Shown one piece after another: positions 49,503 to 58,490 of a stretch of 64,000 nt of DNA (positions are counted from its first letter, which is position 1; every line of letters begins with the position of its first letter). Source of the DNA: Candidatus Omnitrophota bacterium (GTDB taxonomy: Bacteria; Omnitrophota; Gorgyraeia; Gygaellales; Profunditerraquicolaceae). Below the pieces are notes generated by a model, which did no database searches, was not told where the DNA came from, and worked only from the letters and a program-made list of their open reading frames with translations. Both the position numbers and the translations under genes were made by a program. The DNA lies in the NCBI GenBank assembly GCA_026387335.1, contig JAPLLX010000007.1:243-64242 (forward strand). The letters are read 5' to 3'.

Positions 49503-50142
49503 AAAAGCAGTCGTTCTTTTATCCGGCGGCTTGGATTCAGCCACGGCTTTATATGTAGCTAAAGCAAAAGGGTATAAGTGCCAGTGTTTGATCTTTGATT
49601 ACGGCCAGCGCCACCGTCGGGAAATCAACGCGGCTGTAAAGATAGCCAAGAAGTGCGGTTGCGCCTACCGGATTATAAAAATAAGTTTACCCTGGAAAGG
49701 TTCCAGCCTTTTAGATAAGAAAAAAAAGATTGCGCGTAGCTTTGGGTCGATTATCCCCAATACCTATGTTCCGGGCCGCAATATTATTTTCTTAAGTTTT
49801 GCTCTTTCTTTTGCCGAAAGCATCGGCGCCGCGGCGATATTTATCGGAGCGCACGCGCATGACTATTCAGGGTATCCTGATTGCCGTCCGGAGTTTTTCC
49901 GGGCGTTTAGAAAAGTAGTTTTAACCGGCACAAAAGCGGGAGCGGGCAATAGCGGAATTAAGATTATTACGCCCTTGCTCCATAAGGGTAAAGCGGATAT
50001 CATCAGGTTAGGTTCGCGCCTAAAGGTTCCTTTTGCATTGACCTGGTCCTGTTATCTGGGAGGAAAGAAGCCCTGTGGCAGATGCGATAGCTGTTATTAC
50101 CGCAACAAAGGATTTAAGGAAGCAGGAATAAAGCAAATATGA
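49492..50142 (+). CDS. queC: 7-cyano-7-deazaguanine synthase
   Basis: PP-loop SGGLDS and C-terminal Zn Cys cluster. Confidence 0.9.
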   Translation: MLNKKAVVLLSGGLDSATALYVAKAKGYKCQCLIFDYGQRHRREINAAVKIAKKCGCAYRIIKISLPWKGSSLLDKKKKIARSFGSIIPNTYVPGRNIIFLSFALSFAESIGAAAIFIGAHAHDYSGYPDCRPEFFRAFRKVVLTGTKAGAGNSGIKIITPLLHKGKADIIRLGSRLKVPFALTWSCYLGGKKPCGRCDSCYYRNKGFKEAGIKQI

Positions 50143-50810
50143 AAGGAAGAATAGCCGAGGTTTTTGACAGTATTCAGGGCGAAGGCCTGTATCTGGGCGA
50201 AAAACAGATCTTCGTGCGTTTCTACGGTTGTAACCTGGAATGCCGATACTGCGATACAAAATTAAGCAGTTTTATGGAATATGAACCGGAGGAATTATTT
50301 AATGAACTGAAGCTTTACCGCGATAAGTATCATTCAGTATCGTTTACCGGCGGAGAACCGCTTTTACAAAAAGATTTCTTAAGAGAAATATTAAAGTTGA
50401 CCGGGAAGGGCAATTTTAAGAATTATCTTGAGACTAACGGCACCCTGCATAAAGAATTAAAAGAGGTCATAGATTATATTGATATCGTAGCCATGGATCT
50501 AAAACTTCCCAGTTCAACAGGTTTAAGTGATATGTGGGAAGAGCACCGCTTGTTTTTAGAAATCGCCTCTCAGCGGGAAGTTTTTGTCAAGACGGTTATT
50601 TGTACTTATACCAAAGAGGAAGATTTTATAAGGGGCTTACGGCTGATCCGGGAAGCCGCGCAGGAAGCGATTTTGATACTTCAGCTTAACAGCAACGAAG
50701 ACCGGGCTTACTTGCACGATAAATTAGAGACTTTTAAAGACCTCTGCAGAAGAGAGAGGGTTACCTGCTGCGCTGTGGAGCAGATCCATAAGGTGATAGG
50801 AGTAAAATGA
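50139..50810 (+). CDS. queE: 7-carboxy-7-deazaguanine synthase (radical SAM)
   Basis: CNLECRYCDT motif. Confidence 0.85.
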   Translation: MKGRIAEVFDSIQGEGLYLGEKQIFVRFYGCNLECRYCDTKLSSFMEYEPEELFNELKLYRDKYHSVSFTGGEPLLQKDFLREILKLTGKGNFKNYLETNGTLHKELKEVIDYIDIVAMDLKLPSSTGLSDMWEEHRLFLEIASQREVFVKTVICTYTKEEDFIRGLRLIREAAQEAILILQLNSNEDRAYLHDKLETFKDLCRRERVTCCAVEQIHKVIGVK

Positions 50811-51208
50811 AAAATAAATCCGCTTATGAAGGGTTACAGTCAAATATAAGAAAGCTTAAAACGCCGAAGATTGAAAGCTGGAAGAATCAGTATCCGGATA
50901 AAGAATATACAATTGTTTTGGATATTCCGGAATTTACCTGTATTTGCCCGAAGACCGGCTTACCGGATTTCGCTACCATAAAAATAGAGTATGCGCCGAG
51001 GATTTATTGCGTTGAACTTAAATCTTTTAAGATGTACACGATATTTTACCGCAATATCGGCATATTCCACGAGCACCTGACCAATAAAATGCTGGAAGAT
51101 TTTGTGAATGCCTGTAAACCCCGTTGGGCAAAGATAACCAGCGAATTTAATCCCCGCGGCGGGATAAAGACTACGGTTACGAGGGAATATAAAAATGAAG
51201 ATTATTAA
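50807..51208 (+). CDS. queF: NADPH-dependent 7-cyano-7-deazaguanine reductase (unimodular)
   Basis: ELKSFKMY QueF motif and Cys in CICPKTG. Confidence 0.85.
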   Translation: MKNKSAYEGLQSNIRKLKTPKIESWKNQYPDKEYTIVLDIPEFTCICPKTGLPDFATIKIEYAPRIYCVELKSFKMYTIFYRNIGIFHEHLTNKMLEDFVNACKPRWAKITSEFNPRGGIKTTVTREYKNEDY

Positions 51209-52016
51209 AGCTGAAAAAATTACCAAAACTGTGGCGGATTTATGCCTGAAGGCTAATTGCGTCTTGAGGAAGGACATATTACGTAAACTTAAATCAGCTT
51301 ATAAGCAGGAAAAAAATAGCCGGGCCAAGAAGGCGTTGGGAGCGATTATCGAGAATGCCCGGATAGCGCGCGAAGAAAAACTGGCGATTTGCCAGGATAC
51401 GGGCTTGCCGATTGTTTTTGTTAAATTAGGACAGGACGTGAGGATTACCGGTGATTTTAAAAAAGCAGTGCTTAAAGGGATTGCGCTCGGTTACCAGAGG
51501 GGTAATTTCAGAGAATCCATTATTCAGGATCCGCTAAAAAGGGGAAAGTCCTCATATAAGGGAGCGATCATTCATATAGATATAGTCCGGGGGAATAAGT
51601 TAGGACTTACTGTTTTGCCAAAAGGTTTTGGCTGTGAAAATAAATCTCAAATGAAGATGTTTAATCCTACTGCCGGTATAGAAGAAGTGAAAAAGTTCAT
51701 AGTCAATACGGTTAAATCCAGCGGAGCGGATGCCTGCCCGCCTTATGTAGTCGGAGTTGGTATTGGGGGGAGCGCGGATTATGCCGGATTTCTGGCTAAG
51801 GTAGCGTTGTTAAAGAAGATTGATACTAAAAGGTCAAGCCTTGAGCGGGACTTGGAGAAGGAAATCGGAAAATTAGGCATCGGGCCGATGGGCTTGGGCG
51901 GGAAAGTGACTTGTTTAGCGATTAAAATTGAGAGCTATCCGACCCATATCGCCGGGCTTCCCGTAGCCGTCAATATAAGTTGCCACGCTTTGCGCAGCGC
52001 CAGCGCCACATTATGA
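51195..52016 (+). CDS. Class I fumarate hydratase / tartrate dehydratase alpha subunit
   Basis: CQDTGLPIV Fe-S hydro-lyase motif. Confidence 0.8.
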   Translation: MKIIKAEKITKTVADLCLKANCVLRKDILRKLKSAYKQEKNSRAKKALGAIIENARIAREEKLAICQDTGLPIVFVKLGQDVRITGDFKKAVLKGIALGYQRGNFRESIIQDPLKRGKSSYKGAIIHIDIVRGNKLGLTVLPKGFGCENKSQMKMFNPTAGIEEVKKFIVNTVKSSGADACPPYVVGVGIGGSADYAGFLAKVALLKKIDTKRSSLERDLEKEIGKLGIGPMGLGGKVTCLAIKIESYPTHIAGLPVAVNISCHALRSASATL

Positions 52017-52534
52017 AGAAGATAAATACTCCATTAAGCGAAAATGATATTTTAAATTTACGCGCCGGAGATGAGATCTTATTAAGCGGTGAAATCTATA
52101 CTGCCCGGGATCAGGCGCATAGAAGGGTGGTTGATGCAATAAAAAAAGGCAGCCGACTGCCTTTTGCGCTAAAAAATGCGGTTATCTATTATTGCGGCCC
52201 GGCCAAAACTCCTAAAGGAAAAATCATCGGTTCCTGCGGTCCGACAACCAGTTCGCGGATGGACGCGTTTACCCCTTTATTGCTGAGTAAAGGCTTAAAA
52301 GGGATGATCGGTAAGGGCGCTCGCTCAAAAGAGGTAAGGTCAGCAATTAAAAAGAACAAAGCAATATATTTATTGGCTCCCGCCGGCTGCGGGGCGCTTA
52401 TATCAAAATATGTCAAAAGCGCAAAACCAATCGCGTATCAGGATTTAGGGCCGGAGAGGATTACGAAGTTGGAAGTAAAGGACTTTCCGTTAATCGTAGG
52501 AATAGACGCTAAAGGAAGGAGTATTTATGCTTAG
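52013..52534 (+). CDS. Class I fumarate hydratase / tartrate dehydratase beta subunit
   Basis: Start at MKKINTPL overlapping alpha stop. Beta-subunit pattern. Confidence 0.75.
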   Translation: MKKINTPLSENDILNLRAGDEILLSGEIYTARDQAHRRVVDAIKKGSRLPFALKNAVIYYCGPAKTPKGKIIGSCGPTTSSRMDAFTPLLLSKGLKGMIGKGARSKEVRSAIKKNKAIYLLAPAGCGALISKYVKSAKPIAYQDLGPERITKLEVKDFPLIVGIDAKGRSIYA

Positions 52535-53240
52535 GCTGGATGGCCGCGGAGCGGATAAAATCCGCAAAGTAAATATTACCCGTAATTATATTAAGTATCC
52601 GGAAGGTTCATGTCTTATTGAACTCGGAAATACCAAAGTTATATGCACTGCTTCAGTTGAAGAAAGCGTGCCTCCTTTTCTAAGAGGATCGGGTACTGGC
52701 TGGGTCACTGCTGAATACGGGATGCTTCCGCGTTCCTGCAATACGCGTATTCCCCGCGGTAAAGATTCCGGCCGCACTTATGAAATACAGCGGCTCGTAG
52801 GAAGGTCTTTGCGCACGGTCACTGAAATGAAATCTTTAGGCGAACGCTGCATCTGGTTGGATTGCGACGTGATTCAGGGAGACGGCGGAACGCGCACTGC
52901 CGCGATTACCGGAAGTTTTATCGCTCTGGTTGACGCGTTGAGTAAAATAAAAAAAGCCGGGTTAATCAAGGATATTCCGATTAAAGATTATGTCGCCGCC
53001 ACCAGTGTCGGCATAGTTAACGGAGAACTGCTTTTAGATCTATGTTATGAGGAAGATTCAAAAGCCGAAGTGGATATGAATATAGTTATGACCGGCTCAG
53101 GCGAATTTATTGAAATTCAGGGCACAGCCGAACGCAACCCTTTTCCAAAAGAGAAGATGGATAAGATGCTCGTGGCTGCTCAAAAAGGAATTGAAGATTT
53201 ATTCAGCATCCAACGTAAATTAGTCGGCGACCTCATCTAA
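52527..53240 (+). CDS. rph: Ribonuclease PH
   Basis: RNase PH pattern DGRGADKIR... Confidence 0.9.
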   Translation: MLRLDGRGADKIRKVNITRNYIKYPEGSCLIELGNTKVICTASVEESVPPFLRGSGTGWVTAEYGMLPRSCNTRIPRGKDSGRTYEIQRLVGRSLRTVTEMKSLGERCIWLDCDVIQGDGGTRTAAITGSFIALVDALSKIKKAGLIKDIPIKDYVAATSVGIVNGELLLDLCYEEDSKAEVDMNIVMTGSGEFIEIQGTAERNPFPKEKMDKMLVAAQKGIEDLFSIQRKLVGDLI

Positions 53241-53253
53241 GGTTATCTCGATA

Positions 53254-53853
53254 ATGGAATTAATCGTAGCCACGAAGAATAAGAAGAAGCTTAAAGAAAT
53301 AAAAACAATCCTCAAGGGTTTTGGATTAAAAATAAGTTCTTTAGCAGATTATGGCGCTCTCCCTAGAGTAATTGAAAACGGAAAGACCTTTAAGGAAAAT
53401 TCCATAAAAAAAGCGGTTAAAATCGCTCAGGCCACCGGAAAACTTACTCTGGGCGAAGATTCCGGTCTCTGTGTAGAGGCGTTAAATGGCGGTCCCGGGG
53501 TTTACTCGGCGCGTTTTTCAGGAAAAGGCAAGAGCGACAGCCAAAACAATTTAAAATTGCTCAAGCTTCTTAAAGGAATGTCTCTCAGTAAAAGAAAAGC
53601 ACATTATGTTTGCGCTGTTGCTTTAGCGGATAAGGGTGGTTTAGTTGGTGTAGTAGAAGGAAAATGTAACGGCCTGATTGGTTTTAAGTTAAAAGGCAGA
53701 AGCGGCTTTGGCTATGACCCGTTATTTGTCATTCCTAAATACCAAAAGACTTTCGCCCAGTTAGGCGAGAAGATAAAGCATACGCTGAGCCATCGTTACC
53801 ACGCTCTCAAAAGAGCCAAAATAATTATCAAGAAATATATTGAGAAGCGCTGA
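53254..53853 (+). CDS. rdgB: Non-canonical purine NTP pyrophosphatase (RdgB/HAM1)
   Basis: Ham1 family pattern LIVATKNKKKLKE, GEDSGL. Confidence 0.85.
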   Translation: MELIVATKNKKKLKEIKTILKGFGLKISSLADYGALPRVIENGKTFKENSIKKAVKIAQATGKLTLGEDSGLCVEALNGGPGVYSARFSGKGKSDSQNNLKLLKLLKGMSLSKRKAHYVCAVALADKGGLVGVVEGKCNGLIGFKLKGRSGFGYDPLFVIPKYQKTFAQLGEKIKHTLSHRYHALKRAKIIIKKYIEKR

Positions 53854-53876
53854 CGGGTTGATATAATAAAATTTCG

Positions 53877-53954
53877 CGGGGGATGGCTCAGTTTGGCTAG
53901 AGCGCTTGCTTTGGGAGCAAGAGGTCGAGAGTTCAAATCTCTCTCCCCCGACCA
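53877..53954 (+). tRNA. tRNA-Pro (anticodon UGG), CCA encoded
   Basis: Hand-folded cloverleaf: acceptor CGGGGGA/TCCCCCG, anticodon loop TTTGGGA with G37. Confidence 0.85.
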
Positions 53955-53979
53955 TATTTGACAATTTGAATAAAGAAAT

Positions 53980-54053
53980 GCGCCTGTAGCTCAAATGGAT
54001 AGAGCAATTGCCTTCTAAGCAATAGGTTGGCCGTTCGATTCGGCCCAGGCGCA
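53980..54053 (+). tRNA. tRNA-Arg (anticodon UCU)
   Basis: Hand-folded: acceptor GCGCCTG/CAGGCGC, anticodon loop CTTCTAA. Confidence 0.85.
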
Positions 54054-54066
54054 TAAAAATAAAGTT

Positions 54067-55242
54067 ATGAATAAGACTGAAAAAATCTTAGGACTAAGTA
54101 TCATAAGCCTAGCCATTATATTTGGGGCAATATATATATTCTTAAGCGTAGCCGGCAAGTCAATTATCGCTAAAACCCTTGAGTCCTTGACCCATAAGAA
54201 AACGACCGTAGGTTATTTTAACCTTAGCCCGACGCTGGATTTAGAAATCAAGAAGCTGGATATTGACGGCCTGGCTAAAATAGATTCAATTTATATTTCG
54301 CCCAACCTCTTAAGTCTTTTTAGCGGAAAAGTTATCGTTAACAGTTTTAAACTTGTTTCTCCGGAGTTTACTATTACTAAAGCTCCTCCCGCGGTAGTGA
54401 ATGAGCAAAAAACCAGCGTTGACCTTATTTCGGCGGCGCCGCCTACACCGCCTGAGTCTATCCAGCCTAAAGAATTAAAACTCCTGCCGTTTGGTTTTAA
54501 GCGTATCAGGATTGAAAACGGCATAGTTAATTACATTGATCAAAGTATAAGCGCCAACGGAATAAAAATAGTTTTAAAGGATATAAGTTGTAAAATATCC
54601 AACCTTTATTTTTTCCCGCGGCGCGGAATCACTAATTTTGAGTTAAAAGGGAAGATCCCCTGGAGAGAAGGACAGGTAAACGGCCAGTTGGATATTGAAG
54701 GATGGCTTAATTTCTTTAAGAAGGATATGCAGGCAGCTTTAAAGATCAAGGATATTGACGCTATTTATCTATATCCTTATTATTCTAATTGGGTAAATTT
54801 GGAAAAAGCGCGCATAGAAAGGGCCAAGCTCAATTTTTCAGTCGATATTAACGGTTTAAACAATAATATTATCGCGGAATGCCATTTGGCTCTGACCGAT
54901 ATGGTGCGCAAGCCGCTGGAAGCCGGAGAAGCCGAAGAAAAGGCGTCTAAGCTTACGAATAAAGTTTTAGATATGTTTAAAGCTGTTGATCAGGGCAAGG
55001 TGGAATTGAATTTTAGCGTAAAGACTAAAATGGATAATCCGCAATTTGGATTTGGTAATTTCAAAATGGCTTTTGAGGATAAGATTACCAAAGGTATGAG
55101 TTTGGGCTTTAAGCCGGAGAATGCTTTAGTTTTTCCGCTTAAGGTTATGGAAGGCGGAGTCAGAAGTTTCGCGGATTTGACCCGGGCGGCGATTGACGGG
55201 ATCTTTGCCATCGGTAACGGAGTTATCCAATCCGCTAAATAA
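54067..55242 (+). CDS. Hypothetical membrane-anchored periplasmic protein (AsmA/DUF748-like?)
   Basis: N-terminal TM and beta-rich repeats. Weak family assignment. Confidence 0.3.
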   Translation: MNKTEKILGLSIISLAIIFGAIYIFLSVAGKSIIAKTLESLTHKKTTVGYFNLSPTLDLEIKKLDIDGLAKIDSIYISPNLLSLFSGKVIVNSFKLVSPEFTITKAPPAVVNEQKTSVDLISAAPPTPPESIQPKELKLLPFGFKRIRIENGIVNYIDQSISANGIKIVLKDISCKISNLYFFPRRGITNFELKGKIPWREGQVNGQLDIEGWLNFFKKDMQAALKIKDIDAIYLYPYYSNWVNLEKARIERAKLNFSVDINGLNNNIIAECHLALTDMVRKPLEAGEAEEKASKLTNKVLDMFKAVDQGKVELNFSVKTKMDNPQFGFGNFKMAFEDKITKGMSLGFKPENALVFPLKVMEGGVRSFADLTRAAIDGIFAIGNGVIQSAK

Positions 55243-55304
55243 CGGGGCAATAATTTATTAGTAAGATTGCTCTATTTGTGTTAGGCTTTATTTGATAATT
55301 TAAT

Positions 55305-55381
55305 GGTGGCTATAGCTCAATTGGTTAGAGCGTTAGACTGTGGCTCTAAAGGTTGCGGGTTCGATCCCCGTTAGCCACCCA
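55305..55381 (+). tRNA. tRNA-His (anticodon GUG) with encoded G-1
   Basis: Hand-folded: G-1 + GTGGCTA/TAGCCAC + C73, anticodon loop CTGTGGC. Confidence 0.85.
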
Positions 55382-55434
55382 TAACTTATTGTGCCACAAC
55401 GATTTACAACATTATTTGAAAATTATAAGAATCC

Positions 55435-55482
55435 AGAGCGTTAGACTGTGGCTCTAAAGGTTGCGGGATCGTTCTCCTCGCA
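55435..55482 (+). pseudogene. Degenerate partial duplicate of tRNA-His (D-arm 3' half through T-arm, acceptor arms missing)
   Basis: AGAGCGTTAGACTGTGGCTCTAAAGGTTGCGGG is identical to the tRNA-His internal segment, then mismatches begin. Confidence 0.55.
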
Positions 55483-55498
55483 TAACGGGATAGTTTAA

Positions 55499-55533
55499 GG
55501 CCTATGGTCTGAATTTAGATCATAGGCCTTTTT
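55499..55533 (+). terminator. Intrinsic terminator GGCCTATG...CATAGGCC-TTTTT
   Basis: Direct reading. Confidence 0.55.
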
Positions 55534-55550
55534 AAAAGGACAACTTTTAT

Positions 55551-57362
55551 ATGCTTAGATTGGGAAAACAGGTAGACCTCAAGATAATCATTACAATTGC
55601 CTCCATTTTAATTATAACTTTCTTTTCTTTTTATCCCTGCCTTAAAAATAATTTTACGAACTGGGACGACAATTCATATGTAACAAACAATACAAGCGTG
55701 CGTAATTTATCAACAGGCAATATAAGACGTATTTTTTCCTCTTTTTCTGTGGGCAATTATCAGCCCGCGGTTATCTTGTCCTATTTATTTGAATACCGCT
55801 TCTTTAAGTTGAAACCATTCGGGTATCATTTAACTAACCTTATACTGCACTTACTTAATTGTCTATTTGTGTTTTGGCTGTTTTATCTGCTTACCCGCAA
55901 GATCTCGGTTTCTTGGCTAACAGCCGTCCTCTTTGGCCTACACCCTTTACATGTGGAATCAGTCGCCTGGATCAGTGAGAGAAAAGACGTGCTTTACGCG
56001 TGTTTCTTCTTAGCTGCGCTTATTTGCTATTGTTATTACCTGCGGAAGGAAAAAATAGGAAAATATTATTATTCTTCTTTAATTTTATTTATTTTCTCTC
56101 TTCTATCAAAAGCAATGGCCATCACTTTGCCCGCCGTGCTGTTGCTTATAGATTATTTTTTGCATAGAAAGCGCAGTAAAACCGCGCTCCTGGATAAAAT
56201 TCCCTTCTTTATTCTCTCTTTTATATTCGGGATAATCGCTGCTATCGGCCAATACTCAAGCGGAGCCGTAAGGCAAGAGAGTTTACTTAATTTTGTGAAT
56301 AAAATCGCGGTTTCTAGCTACGGCATAATTTTTTATCTTAATAAAATATTAGTCCCGATCAAGCTTTCTTGTTTTTATCCTTATGCGGGAACAAAAGAAA
56401 TTTCCTTATTTCCCTATACTTTTATCACAGTTGTTATCCTGTTGGCCGCTGTAATTATTTCAAGTAAGCGCACAAGGAAAATTATTTTTGGCAGTTTTTT
56501 ATTTTTAATTACTATTTTACCCGTTTTACAATTTATACCAATAGGCAATATCATCGTTGCCGATCGTTATATTTATATCTCATCGTTAGGAATATTTTAT
56601 CTTATTTCCGAGGGGTTTATCTGGTTATGCGCTTTGAAAACAAAACACCTTTATTTTTTACAAAGTTTGATGATGTTGATAATTTTAACCGGCGCGCTAG
56701 GCATTTTGGCCACATTAACCTGGAAAAGATGCCAGGTCTGGAATAATAGTATAGTTTTGTGGAGTGATGTTTTGAAGAATTATCCTAATGAAGCGACTGC
56801 TTACAAAAACCGGGGAGTGGCCTACCGGGATCAAGGTAACTTTACGCAGGCCATCTCTGATTATAATCGGGCGATAGAACTTAATCCTAATGATGCCGAT
56901 CCTTACAACAACCGCGGAGTGGTCTACCGGGACCAGGGTAACTTTACGCAGGCAATCTCTGATTATAATAGGGCGATAGAACTTAAACCTAACTATGCCG
57001 ATGCTTACTACAACCGTGCCCTTGCTTATCAAGCCCAGGGTAGCCCCGCCCAGGCTATTTCTAATTTCAGTAAGGCCATTAAAATTGATTCCCATCTTGT
57101 TAAAGCTTACAACAACCGCGCGACAGCCTATGTTCAAGAAAAAAATTATGAACTGGCTTTATCCGATCTTAATAAGGCTATTGAAATTACCCCTAATGAT
57201 GGAGAGGTATTTTACAACCGGGCGGTAGTGCGTTTTTTAATGAAAGAATATGATAAGGCCTGGATGGATATTCATCGAGCAGAAGAATTGGGAGAAAAAG
57301 TAGACCCTAAGCTTATTGAATTGCTCCGGAAAGCCTCTAAAAACAAGGAATTGCCTCTCTAA
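55551..57362 (+). CDS. Polytopic membrane protein with C-terminal TPR repeats (DUF1736/PMT-like N-terminal domain?)
   Basis: ~10 TM helices then 6 or more TPRs (AYKNRGVAYRDQGNFTQAISDYNRAIELNP...). Confidence 0.6.
   Translation: MLRLGKQVDLKIIITIASILIITFFSFYPCLKNNFTNWDDNSYVTNNTSVRNLSTGNIRRIFSSFSVGNYQPAVILSYLFEYRFFKLKPFGYHLTNLILHLLNCLFVFWLFYLLTRKISVSWLTAVLFGLHPLHVESVAWISERKDVLYACFFLAALICYCYYLRKEKIGKYYYSSLILFIFSLLSKAMAITLPAVLLLIDYFLHRKRSKTALLDKIPFFILSFIFGIIAAIGQYSSGAVRQESLLNFVNKIAVSSYGIIFYLNKILVPIKLSCFYPYAGTKEISLFPYTFITVVILLAAVIISSKRTRKIIFGSFLFLITILPVLQFIPIGNIIVADRYIYISSLGIFYLISEGFIWLCALKTKHLYFLQSLMMLIILTGALGILATLTWKRCQVWNNSIVLWSDVLKNYPNEATAYKNRGVAYRDQGNFTQAISDYNRAIELNPNDADPYNNRGVVYRDQGNFTQAISDYNRAIELKPNYADAYYNRALAYQAQGSPAQAISNFSKAIKIDSHLVKAYNNRATAYVQEKNYELALSDLNKAIEITPNDGEVFYNRAVVRFLMKEYDKAWMDIHRAEELGEKVDPKLIELLRKASKNKELPL
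56791..56994 (+). repeat. Near-identical tandem 102-bp duplication encoding two TPR units
   Basis: Direct comparison of 56791..56892 with 56893..56994. Confidence 0.6.
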
Positions 57363-57443
57363 ACCCAGAATATTCTTGATATGAGGTATTGCGCATATAA
57401 TTAGGTTAATAAATTGAGAGAGACCCCAAAATTTTTTTAGATT

Positions 57444-57689
57444 ATGCCTTGGTCACTTTACATAGTTAAATGCCAAGATACATCCCTTTACACCGGCATC
57501 ACAACCGATATCCCCCGTCGGCTCAAAGAGCATAATGCCAAGAAGGGCGCGTTTTATACCAAGAATAAGATTCCGGTTGAGCTTGTGTACCAAGAGCCAA
57601 TGCGGAATCGCTCCGAAGCCCTTAAACGCGAATCCGCCATTAAGAAGCTGACAAGGAAACAAAAGCTGCAATTGTTACCCACTAAATAA
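57444..57689 (+). CDS. Small GIY-YIG nuclease-family protein (UPF0213/YhbQ-like)
   Basis: LYIVKCQDTSLYTGITTDIPRRLKEHN motif. Confidence 0.75.
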   Translation: MPWSLYIVKCQDTSLYTGITTDIPRRLKEHNAKKGAFYTKNKIPVELVYQEPMRNRSEALKRESAIKKLTRKQKLQLLPTK

Positions 57690-57738
57690 AATTCTGCGTT
57701 AGATTTTGCCACCTCCTCCGTCTATTTAAGTAGGGTAT

Positions 57739-58026
57739 ATGACTAATGCAATTTCGGTTGAAGTTATAGCTACAAAGATCTTAGAGATAAGAGGTAAAAA
57801 GGTTATGCTGGATAGCGATCTGGCTAAGCTTTATGGCGTAGAAACCAAAGTATTAATTCAGGCTGTAAGAAGAAATAAGGCGCGCTTCCCGCTCGACTTC
57901 ATGTATATACTCACAAGACAAGAGGTTATGAACTTGAGGTCACAAATTGTGACCTCAAGTTGGAGCGGGAGAAGAATTGAGTTATCTTCTTCGTTGTCAA
58001 GCCTACCCAAAAGTGCTATAATTTAA
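57739..58026 (+). CDS. ORF6N (KilA-N-like) domain protein, C-terminally truncated/degenerate
   Basis: IRGKKVMLDSDLAKLYGVETKVLIQAVRRNKARFPLDFMY...RSQIVTSSWSGRR. Family C-terminal region absent. Confidence 0.6.
   Translation: MTNAISVEVIATKILEIRGKKVMLDSDLAKLYGVETKVLIQAVRRNKARFPLDFMYILTRQEVMNLRSQIVTSSWSGRRIELSSSLSSLPKSAII
57995..58022 (+). promoter_or_regulatory. Strong promoter TTGTCA-N16-TGcTATAAT (extended -10) at the 3' end of the ORF6N gene
   Basis: Direct reading. Confidence 0.5.
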
Positions 58027-58042
58027 CAACTTAGGAGAAAAT

Positions 58043-58081
58043 ATGTCTTTAGCTGAGTTTGCGATCACCTTATATTTATAA
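58043..58081 (+). CDS. Candidate 12-codon leader peptide uORF (MSLAEFAITLYL) with strong SD
   Basis: aggagaaaatATG. Stop TAA 10 nt upstream of a terminator hairpin. Confidence 0.25.
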   Translation: MSLAEFAITLYL

Positions 58082-58090
58082 CTATATTTA

Positions 58091-58117
58091 ACCCAGCCAC
58101 GTAGACTGGGTTTTTTT
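58091..58117 (+). terminator. Hairpin ACCCAG-ccacgtaga-CTGGGT + T7 between the uORF and the MazG-like gene (attenuator candidate)
   Basis: Direct reading. Confidence 0.45.
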
Positions 58118-58142
58118 GTTTCACTTTAGAAAAGGAGTTTTG

Positions 58143-58490
58143 ATGAACGAAATGAAAGAAATTACTGAAAAAATCAAGAAATTTAGAGATGAGCGTGACT
58201 GGATGCAATTTCATGATCCTAAGAATATGGCTGTTTCAATAATACTCGAAGCTTCTGAGCTGCTTGAGCATTTTCAATGGAAAACTACCGAAGAAGTAGA
58301 AAGATATTCAAGGAAAAATCTCGCTGAGATTAAGGATGAAATTGCAGACATAGCCTTATATCTTTTTGAATTAGCCGATAATCTCGGTATCAATTTAATT
58401 GATGCGATGGATCAAAAACTTAAAAAAAATGAAATGAAATATCCGGTGGAAAAAGCTAAAGGAAAGCATACAAAATACAATAAGCTATGA
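58143..58490 (+). CDS. MazG-like nucleoside triphosphate pyrophosphohydrolase (small all-alpha NTP-PPase)
   Basis: ERDWMQFHDPKNMAVSIILEASELLEHFQW...EIADIALYLFELAD. SD aaaggag. ATGA overlap with next gene. Listed TTG start 58116 lies in the T-tract. Confidence 0.7.
   Translation: MNEMKEITEKIKKFRDERDWMQFHDPKNMAVSIILEASELLEHFQWKTTEEVERYSRKNLAEIKDEIADIALYLFELADNLGINLIDAMDQKLKKNEMKYPVEKAKGKHTKYNKL

Noticed and set aside
49143-51208. queD-queC-queE-queF considered as part of a DNA 7-deazaguanine (Dpd-like) modification system linked to the island
   Set aside because: There is no tgt/dpdA paralog, DpdB or DpdC in the window. The cluster is 7 kb away and separated by housekeeping genes and tRNAs. 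The standard tRNA queuosine/preQ1 pathway is sufficient explanation.
53761-54054. Minus-strand 97-aa ORF
   Set aside because: It overlaps tRNA-Pro and tRNA-Arg on the opposite strand. It is an artefact.
57739-58026. ORF6N gene interpreted as a frameshifted full-length KilA-N/ORF6C protein
   Set aside because: The alternative frames downstream of WSGRR do not restore the family's C-terminal sequence. It is more likely a short or truncated variant.
58116-58142. Listed TTG start for the MazG-like ORF
   Set aside because: That start lies within the terminator U-tract. The ATG at 58143 has a proper SD (aaaggag, 5-nt spacing).
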